Shown here: positions 55,422 to 64,000 of the stretch, piece by piece
Numbering within the stretch: position 1 is the stretch's first letter
Layout of the letters: the number at the start of each line of letters is the position of its first letter
Assembly: GCA_951406725.2 (NCBI GenBank)
Contig: OX597832.1
Span: 28,892,001-28,956,000 of the forward strand
Direction: 5' to 3'
DNA: 64,000 nt
Source of the DNA: Octopus vulgaris
Lineage: Eukaryota
Program-made: the position numbers and the translations under genes
Notes under the pieces: model-generated
Seen by the model: the letters and a program-made list of their open reading frames with translations, nothing else
Databases searched by the model: none
What the model was told of the DNA's origin: nothing

Positions 55422-55631
55422 AAACCCGAACGGCAGACGTTGCGAACTGACATGAGAAACAAATCCCTTTTATTATACACCCGTCATCGTACAGTGATTG
55501 ATTGCGCCATTCGGTGGCTCGGCGTAATTAAAATACACGACACGTCACTGCTTCGCGTTTTCGTCCCGTATTTTCAGCGAGGCGCCGATTTGAGCAGCCA
55601 GTGATAGTATGTATGTATGCCTTTCCGGTGT

Positions 55632-55679
55632 CTGGTGCTGGAGAGGAAATAACTACTCCGAAATGTAGGCACCCACCAG
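55632..55679 (+). ncRNA. Type I hammerhead motif (GGAG/CTCC family), decayed
   Basis: CTGGTG-CTGGAGA-GGAA ataacta CTCC-GAAA-TG tagg CA-CC-CACCAG. Perfect 6-bp stem I; A6 is G and U16.1 is C. Confidence 0.7.
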
Positions 55680-55821
55680 TCTTGTTTGGGAAAGCTGAGA
55701 ATTGGCTCAGTGTGTTTGCACTTATTTGTCTGCAGCAAGAAACTTTTTCCATGACCAAAATAAAGTGAACAGCTTCATCATGAGTTCGAATATGCCTCAA
55801 GCATAACTGAACTGGTAACAG

Positions 55822-55853
<32 letters not shown>

Positions 55854-55930
55854 GTAAAAACGGTAAGATAGCAAAAGAAAGAAAGAGACATCAATATTAT
55901 GTAAATAGAGGAAATTTATCTATAAAATAA

Positions 55931-56031
55931 TATGTTACAATTACTCAGATAACCGAAGAGATGGTGTTGTGGATTTCCACTTCGGCATCTGAAACTCAGA
56001 GTTTTATCTTGACTATTGAGTAATTGTAACA

Positions 56032-56033
<2 letters not shown>
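55931..56033 (+). ncRNA. Hammerhead-like motif closed by a perfect 17-bp stem, in a ~185-bp insert between (TA)n tracts
   Basis: TATGTTACAATTACTCA (55931-55947) pairs with TGAGTAATTGTAACATA (56017-56033). Inside: GATAA-CCGAAGA-GATG...CATC-T-GAAA-CTCAGAG-TT-TTATC. Confidence 0.6.
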
Positions 56034-56094
<61 letters not shown>

Positions 56095-56163
56095 TTTTCG
56101 CCATGATAGATTGCTAGCCACTAAACCTTTTATTATTTTCTCTCCCTGTTTATTTCTGTGTTC

Positions 56164-56199
56164 CTTTCTGTCGAAGAGCGTAGGCTCGAAACGTAAAAG
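56164..56199 (+). ncRNA. Minimal type I hammerhead motif (GTAG-loop family) within a pLTR-like unit at ~56100-56290
   Basis: CTTT-CTGTCGA-A-GAGC gtag GCTC-GAAAC-GTA-AAAG. Flanks are homologous to 23997-24150. Confidence 0.7.
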
Positions 56200-56421
56200 A
56201 CTTTCTCACCTCCCGAGCGTTAAACTAATACACCTGTTTGTTGTCTATACACCCGTCTTCGTCTTTTTTTTGTTTTTGTTTTGGGGTGAAATGAATTGGC
56301 AATACTCTAGAATAATGAGTGGTGAAGAGATCATGGACATATTTTTACAACTACTACTGCTACTAATGCTGCTGCTGCTGCTGCTGCTGCTGCTACCACA
56401 ACTATTACTACTACTAATAAT

Positions 56422-56556
56422 AATCTTTTCTACTCTAGGCACAAGGCCCGAAATTTTGGGAGAGGAAGCCAGTCGACTAGATCGACCCCAGTATACAACT
56501 GGTACTTAATTTATCGACCCCGAAAGGATGAAAGTCAAGGTCGACCTCGGCGGAAA
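56422..56556 (-). mobile_element. SINE group B, 3' fragment
   Basis: tttctactctaggcacaaggcccgaaatttt...atcgaccccgaaaggatgaaag.caa.gtcgacctcggcggaa. Confidence 0.85.
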
Positions 56557-56652
56557 CCTTGTGCTTCCAGTAGAGAAGATTATTAGGAATTGTGAATAAA
56601 AAATAATTGTGAAAGTTTTATTTGTGTATTGTAGAAATATAAACAATTAATC

Positions 56653-57026
56653 GTGGAGACGTAATGGCCCAGTGGTTAGGGCACTTGACTCTCAGTCATA
56701 GGATCGCGGTTTCGATTCCCAGACCGGACGTTGTGAGTGTTTATTGAGCAAAAACACCCAAAAGCTCCATGAGGCTCCGGCAGGGGCTGGTGGCGAACCC
56801 TGCTGTGTACTTTCACCACAGCTTTCTCTCACACTTTCTTCCTGTTTCTGTTGTACCTGTATTTCAAAGCGCCGGCCTTATCACACTCTGTGTCACGCTG
56901 AATCTCCCCGAGAACTACGTTAAGAGTACACATGTCTGTGGAGTACTCAGTCACTTGCACGTTAATTTCACGAGCAGGCTGTTTCGTTGATCGGATCAAC
57001 TGGAACCCTCGTCGTCGTAACCGACA
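56653..57026 (+). mobile_element. SINE with group D head and body and group C tail
   Basis: D-type up to ttcctgtttct (~56850), then gttgtacctgtatttcaaag...cgtcgtcgtaaccgac as in group C. Confidence 0.85.
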
Positions 57027-57365
57027 ATAAATTTTAACAATGGAATTTTATGTGGACCCCGGTTGTGAATCACTGATCTAATATATTCACCCTTATCTTC
57101 TACCCGTATTACCTCTCTTGAACCTTTATTTTTTTGTGTGTGTCCTCAATCAATTTCTCATCTCTAGAATTTTCTCATAGGCCTACCCACCCATGGCCCC
57201 GACCTCATATCTCGTCTTTTCTACCCGGAAGTATTCTGTCAGTGTTCTTCGTCCTTGTGGTCACGGATGGATCGCTCTCTCGCTCTCTCTCTCTCTCTCT
57301 CGCTTTCTCTCTCTCTCTCACTCTCTCTCTCACTCCCTCTTTCTCTCTAGCTTTCTCTTTCGCTT

Positions 57366-57400
<35 letters not shown>

Positions 57401-57479
57401 CTCTCTCTCTCTATCTATCTATCTATCTCTCGCCGACAGACATTCGATCCCTTCCAGTTTGCTTTGTTTTATTTCTTAC

Positions 57480-57900
57480 TACAACCGCCGCCGCCGCCAC
57501 CATCGTCACCCCAAATGCCCATACCACCTCCACCTCCAACCACTACCATCACTTCCACCACCATCACTGCAACCACCCCTGTCATCGCTACTACGACACA
57601 CACTACAATTACCAACGAAACTACGACTCATACCAGAAGCACCACTGCAACAACCATAACCCTAACCATCAATACGACTCCATTAACAACCACCGCCACT
57701 ACAACACATACCAACTACCACCAACTACCACCAACACCACCATCACCACTATCACTATTCCAAGCATTATCAGGGACGGCAATGGTAGCTATACCACCAC
57801 CACTATCATCACCACCATCAACACTATCACCTTCACCATCAAAGCTACTATCACCACCACCACCACCACCACTACCAACAACAACAACTACAACGGCCAA
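57480..57900. repeat. Degenerate (ACC/ACT/ACA)n low-complexity tract
   Basis: Directly visible; source of the Thr/Pro-rich ORFs. Confidence 0.85.
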
Positions 57901-58482
57901 TGGTGTTATATGAACCCAGATCTCCCTCAGCGCTATGGTAACCAAGTTACGTAAATAGGGTGGCGGGTGGAGTCGAAAGTGAAAGTAGTGGAGGGATGGT
58001 GGTTATCAGTGAGGTGGTAGGAGGAGTCTAGCTATTAGAGGTGTGGTGGGAGTAGACAATGAGTGAGCCACTGCGGGAGTCAGGTGGCTTTCTAAGTGTG
58101 ACGCTGTGAGAAAATGGCGGCGGAGAGGGGTGCTGGTGACGGTTGTATGTGTTGGGGGTTGGCAGCGGGGCGAGGGGGGGGCGTTGCAAGGATCTCATTA
58201 AGGTGTATTAAATGAAACCTAAAAACTGATCGCCATCACGACCTGACCAGATTGAGAAACCGTACAGATTCCAGCGTGTATATTGACGTTGAGGCTATAG
58301 AATATCAGCGTATCGATTATATAGCACCTGTGTGTCAGTGGAGGTGCGTGTGCATGTGTGTGTGTATATATATTGCGTGTGTATGTGTGAGTGAGTAGAA
58401 TTTAATGAACTCTGTCAATATAAAAATACGAGCAGTTAGTGGTATATATATAGTGTTTCGGAGTAATGTATGTATATATGTA

Positions 58483-58532
<50 letters not shown>

Positions 58533-58614
58533 CATATGTTCATATAAATGTATATATATGTATGTATATCTATATATATGTATTTATATACATGTATTTA
58601 TGTGTGTGTATGTG

Positions 58615-58650
<36 letters not shown>

Positions 58651-58887
58651 GATATGTATATATGTATATGTATATAAATGCATGTATAATATCTATGCTT
58701 GCATACATGTATGTACATGTATACAAGTATGAATGCATGTATATATGTACATACGTATGTGCGTATGTATATAAGTTTGTATATATTCACGCACTAATAT
58801 ATGATTATATGTATGTATTCATGCATCTACTTAGTATGTACATTTAGGTGTGTATACATGTGCGTATATATATATATATATATATAA

Positions 58888-59180
58888 TTTTAATCCAAAC
58901 GGGAAACAAAAAAACAACAACAAGGGAACAATTACAGTATTATTATTAAAAGGCGCTCAGGAAATGGAAGCAGGAAGGTATGACGTTTCGAGCGGAGCTC
59001 TTCGTCGGAAACATAAAGAAGGAAGAGAGAGGAAAGAAAGATCCCGGAGCGGGCAACGGAGATAGAGAAAAAAACGGCTGGTGTTAGCAGAAGCACATGG
59101 TGAAAGGCGGATGTTTACGATAACAAGAGCAAAGTGGGTTTTTAAAGGCAAAAGAGTGGAGACAAGGTTGGTAACGCAAC
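58888..59180 (-). mobile_element. Penelope-like pLTR unit with a minimal hammerhead; 3' end at (TA)n
   Basis: Homologous to 21715-21910: aatc.aaac...cgctcaggaaa...acgtttcgagcggagctcttcgtc.gaaacata. Confidence 0.65.
58978..59012 (-). ncRNA. Minimal type I hammerhead motif
   Basis: Minus strand: GTTT-CCGACGA-A-GAGC tcc GCTC-GAAAC-GTC-ATAC. GUC site; U4 is C. Confidence 0.7.
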
Positions 59181-59759
59181 AGATGTGTGTGTATGTGTGA
59201 GTGTGTGCGTGTGCGTGTGTGTATGTGTGTGTGTGAGGCGAGGTAAAAAAACAAAAAATATATGTATGTGTTAGTGTGTGCGTCTGTGTGTAGGCGTGTG
59301 AGGTAGGGCGAGACGGTGGTCAGCATAGCAGCAGCATAGCAGACAAAGGTCAGTAGTGAGAAAAGGGAGGAAGGAGGAAGGGAGGGAGGGGAAGGGGTGG
59401 GGGCGTATGTAGCGTGCCAGCGTGTGTTGAGTGGTAGTGTGTGTGTGTGTCCAGTGTCGTGGTAGTATTAGTGGCGAGTAGATTGAATGTGTGTAAGAGT
59501 GAGGTATATGTTTAAGCAATGTGTGTATATGTGTGCGCGTGTGTGTAACGAAAAAAAGGGGGGGGGGGGGTTTAGGAAAAGGACTCCAGCGGAGGGGAAG
59601 ATGGAGGAGTGGTCCCGCGGAGACGGGCGTGGGAAAACCCAACGACACGCGACATCCCAGGAACGGGCGGGAGGTCTCGTCGGATCCAAGGGCGAGGTGC
59701 ATGCGGGCGCATGCGTGCGCGAACCGGCGCAAACGCGTGTGTGCGCGAGCCTGCGAGTG

Positions 59760-61220
59760 TGCGCGTACGTATGTGTGCGTGTGGATGTGTGAGTGTGTCT
59801 GTGTGTATGTCTGGGTGGCAGTGTGTCCGATGAATGTATGTGAGTATGTGTGTATATATGTGTGTGCATAGATGTATGTCCGTGTGTGTGTGTGTGTGTG
59901 TATGTGTGTATGAGTGTGTATGTATGTACGTGTGGGTGTGGGGAAGTGTGTGTATGTGCATGTGTGTGCGCGAACATACAGGTGTGTGAGTGAGTGCGTG
60001 TGTGTGTATGTATGTGTGAGTGTGTATGTGCGTGTGTGTATGTATGTATGTGTACGTGCGTGTGTGTGTGTGTATGCGTGTAGGTGTGCGCGTGTGCTTG
60101 CGTGCATGTATGTGCGTTTGTGTGTGTGTGTGCATGTGTGTGGGTATATATGTGTGTGCGTATATGTGTGTGTATGTGCGTACATGTGTGTGTGTGTGCA
60201 TGTGTGTGTGTAGGTGTGTAGGCGTGTGTGTATAGGTGTATGTATGTAAGTATGTATGGGTGTGTCCGTGTATGTGTGTATGTATGTGTGTGTATGTAGC
60301 TGTGTGGGCGTGTGTATATGTGTGTGTATGTAGGTGTGTAGGCGTGTGTATATAGGTGTATGTATGTATGTCTGGGTGTGTCCGTGCATGTTTGTGTGTG
60401 TGTGTGTGTGCATGTGTATGTAGGTGTGTGTGTACGTGTGTAATGTATGTGTGTATGCGTGTGTATGCGTGCGTGTGTGTATGTAGGTGCGTGTGTATGT
60501 GTGTGGGAGTGTAGGTGTGTGTGTGCGTGTGCGTGTTTATGTTGGTGTGTGCGTATGTGAGTGTGAGTGTATGAGTGTTTGTCATGCATGTGTGTGCGCG
60601 TGCAGGTGAGTGTGTGTGTAAGTATGTGTGTGTGTATGTTTGTGTGAGTGTGTATGTGTGTATGTCTGTGTGTATGTATGTGCGTATAGGAGTATGTAGG
60701 TATGTGTGTGTGTATGTATATGGGTGTATGTATGTGTGTGTGTGTGCATGTGTATAAGTATATGCGTGTGTGCGTATGTGTGTGTATGTGTATGTGTGTG
60801 TGTTTATGTATGTGTGTATGTATGTGTGTAGGCGTGAGTGTGTAGATGTATCTATATATGGGTGTGTGTCAGTGTGTGTTTGTGTGTGTGTAGGTAGATG
60901 TGTGTGTCTGAGTGAGGGTATGGCTGTGTAGGTGTGTGTGTGTATGAATGTAAGTGTGTGCGTATACAAGTGTAATGTATGTATGTGGGTGTGTGTGTGT
61001 GTGTATGTGTACGTGTGCGTGTGTATGTGTGTGTGTGTATGCGTGTGAGTGTGGGTGTATGGGTGTATGTCTGTGTGTGTGTATGTCTGAAGTGGGTATG
61101 TGTGTGTATGTATGTATGTGTGTGTGTGTGCGGGTATGTGTGTGTGTGTATGTGTGTGTGTGAGTAGGTGTGCGTGTATGTATGTGGGTAGGGATGCATG
61201 CGAGTGTGTGGGTATGTATG
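59760..61220. repeat. ~1.45-kb highly degenerate (GT/GTAT/GTGC) alternating purine-pyrimidine tract
   Basis: Directly visible; source of the 373-594-aa His/Thr ORFs. Confidence 0.9.
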
Positions 61221-61387
61221 CAAACATACGCAAGCGCACATCCGAAGCAAGCCCACACACACGAAGCGCGCTCACGCACACAACGCACAAGCAGTGCAAC
61301 GCAAGCCCAAAGGGGCCGACCGAGCCCCCAGCGCGCGCCAAGGCGCGCGAGCGCAAAGGCCCTCGAACGCCCCGCTACGCGGGAACC

Positions 61388-61428
<41 letters not shown>

Positions 61429-61557
61429 GTATGTATATATGCAAGTATGTATGTCATCACCTAAGTATGTACGTTTGTGTATGAAGAATTTATGCATGCA
61501 TATAGCGTGCATGTATATAAATTTGTATACATGTACAGACATATGTATGTATGTATG

Positions 61558-61589
<32 letters not shown>

Positions 61590-62029
61590 CATTTATACGT
61601 ATGTAACGTAAGACCTCCGTCGCCGCCACCACCACCAGTACTCTATTGTATTAAGTATTTTCATTCGCTTAATTGCATACACGGCCGTGTGTGTATTTTA
61701 CATTACATACGTATGTGTCTATGTGAGGCATGTGAGTATGTGTGTGTGTGTGTGTGTGTGTGTACGGCTGCGCATGTGTATATATATGAGTGCTAAATGT
61801 ATAAATAGATATAAATAAGTGTATAAAAGCAATATACATTATTTATGAACCTTAGAATATACGCAGAAAGCATGCAGTGTGCATATTTAATAGTAGGGTA
61901 TAAACATACGTTCATACATATCATATAAGCATATATATATATATATGTGTGTATGTGTGTATATATATATGCGTCTGTATCGTGCGTATGAAGAGACAAT
62001 TAATGGATACTTTCACACATTCATACACA

Positions 62030-62095
<66 letters not shown>

Positions 62096-62275
62096 TATAC
62101 ATATAGACATGCGTATATACATACGTACTGGTGTGTGAAAGTGTATATGGAAAATAGTTGTGTACACGACAACCTCCTGTATGCACATGCAGTTAAATAG
62201 CTTTTAAATATGGACCAGTAATTGTCAAATAATTAACTGCAACAGCGGTATATACCCAAATATATGTGTACATAC

Positions 62276-62339
<64 letters not shown>

Positions 62340-62704
62340 ATATGTATATATGGGCGGGGGGTATGCATCATAGATAGAGCAGCCGTATATAGTTATCGCT
62401 GGCTGCCATGACTAATGGCAACAGGTCTTGTCACGTGACAGTAGCTCGTTATAGAATTTATCTCACCGAAGGAATCTTTCGTTCGTACATTAACACACAC
62501 ACGCATACACACACTCACACACTCACACACACACACACAAGCACACACACACACACACACAAGCACACACAAGCACACACACACTCGAACATACACAAAC
62601 ATACACAAGCTATTATTCAGGCATACACACATACAAATTCCTTTTCTGAACAAACACGTCAACATTTACACAAATAAATATACAATCGTACACATACACG
62701 TATA

Positions 62705-62885
62705 TAAACACACACACACTCATTTACACACACATACACACACACACAAACACACACACTCATTTACACACACACACATACACTCATTTACACACACACA
62801 CACACATACACTCATTTACACACACAGACACACACTCATTTACACACACACACACACACACACATACACACACACACACACACAC
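62705..62885. repeat. (CA)n array punctuated by CTCATTTA spacers (5 units)
   Basis: Directly visible. Confidence 0.85.
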
Positions 62886-63497
62886 GCAAACTTATGCATG
62901 CACACCAATTCTTTTTCTCAGACACACAGCTACAACATTCACACAAATACGAATATACAGAAGCGTATACACGTATACATCCATACATGTGAATGTCTGT
63001 GTGCGTAGAGTACCGCAAGTGTTATCATAAACAAACTAAGAGTGCAGACGACAACAAGGAGCAGAATGCAATTAAGTTACAGTATTTGTTTGAAACTTAT
63101 TCTTCCGTGACTTAATCTTTCCTATCTACAGCAAAAACACTTTGTTTATCTCAATAATCAGAGGAATATAAATCCTCTCCATGTACTACTACAACATAGT
63201 AATGTCAACTTCCGGCTGTGCAGACGACTAGAGTGCAGTTTGTTTCCCATGGAGTCGCTTCACTTTCCTAGAATAAATATTTTAGTTTTGCTAATTCTGA
63301 AATTTTCTCAATAATAAATTCTGTCTTCATGTTGTATTTCAATGAAGTTCTTGATGTGTTCATAATGAAATTCAGCGAGGTAACTCCTTTTCTGATTGTA
63401 GTTTCATAATTTTTAGGGTGCTGAAAGATCGCTTCCAGTCTTGATTGCATCTGTTGAAAATCTCGGATCTTACGTTTAAAAAGTCATTTTTGTATAT

Positions 63498-63716
63498 CAG
63501 TGCTTTTCAAACTTTTTGCTGAAGCGGAACCCCAAGGAAACATTCTACTGGCTCGAGGAACCCCTGTGCAATAATTTAATAGTCTTCTACACACATATCT
63601 GCACAGGAGAATTAAAAATTACTGCCGATTTTAGCAGTTTTGTAACTTCTTGCGGAACCCCTGCACTGTACTGGCGGAACCTTAGGGTTCCGCGGAACCC
63701 TGGTTGAAAACCGCTG
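63498..63716 (-). mobile_element. hAT (Charlie-like) MITE, second copy, inverted relative to 28323-28541
   Basis: CAGTGCTTTTCAA...GGTTGAAAACCGCTG. Flanking 8-mers TTGTATAT / TTGTAGAG match at 6 of 8 positions. Confidence 0.9.
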
Positions 63717-64000
63717 TTGTAGAGATACGTTACAAGGAAATTCTTTACAGAATTGCATAAGTTGTAGGTTCTTGTGGCCGTTCTTATACGAATAGCATCG
63801 CTCAAGATCTTACAAGCGGATGACGAATTCAGTTCCATTTTCTCTCCATTTCCAGATATTCTCGAATATTCTACCGATATTTATCTTTATCTTCTAAAAA
63901 GATCTATGAATAATGAAATAACGGTATTTGAGTATACCGTTCGCCATTATTATTTCACCTGTTTTCTCTCGTTGACCTTGTCTTGTTTTAAGGGGACAAC

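Larger units (their letters stand above)
55232..55820. mobile_element. Inverted (divergent) pair of retrozyme-like elements homologous to 43890-44273
   Basis: ~205-bp arms at 55232-55438 and 55616-55820, e.g. CAGCTTTCCCAAACAA/TTGTTTGGGAAAGCTG and CATTTCGGAGTAGTTAT/ATAACTACTCCGAAATG. Each arm holds a hammerhead. The right end abuts (TA)n. Confidence 0.75.

Noticed and set aside
57134-57954. Mucin-like Thr/Pro-rich ORFs (also 14046-14336)
   Set aside because: Degenerate trinucleotide low-complexity DNA open in several frames, with no splice or domain support.
59271-61356. Longest ORFs (373-594 aa, His/Thr-rich)
   Set aside because: Translations of degenerate (CA)n that stay open in several frames because the repeat lacks stops.
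63268-63450. Minus-strand 60-aa ORF preceded by an acceptor-like ttttcaacag
   Set aside because: No recognisable protein and no partner exons; cannot be supported without a search.

Overview
Eukaryotic, AT-rich, microsatellite-saturated non-coding DNA (intron or gene desert). The repeat content looks like an octopod cephalopod, probably Octopus (inferred from SINE and LINE similarity recalled from memory, not from a search). I found no host protein-coding exon I can support. Nearly all track ORFs are translations of (TA)n/(CA)n/(GATA)n/trinucleotide repeats. Supported content: four tRNA-derived SINE groups in many copies, several with TSDs; transposase remnants (mariner at 1-280, maT/DD37D-like at 12.7-13.5 kb); two hAT/Charlie-like MITEs; and decayed non-LTR fragments (R4/Dong-like RLE, Tx1/L1-like RT, RTE 3' end, Hero-like 3' end). 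The main unexpected signal is about 11 type I hammerhead ribozyme (HHR) motifs in about five sequence families. One is a ~380-nt rod-folding, retrozyme-like element at 43.9-44.3 kb. Two homologues lie as an inverted pair at 55.2-55.8 kb, and the + copy shows compensatory stem I changes. Minimal Penelope-type HHRs sit in or next to (TA)n tracts. All folds and alignments were done by eye; ribozyme activity is untested.
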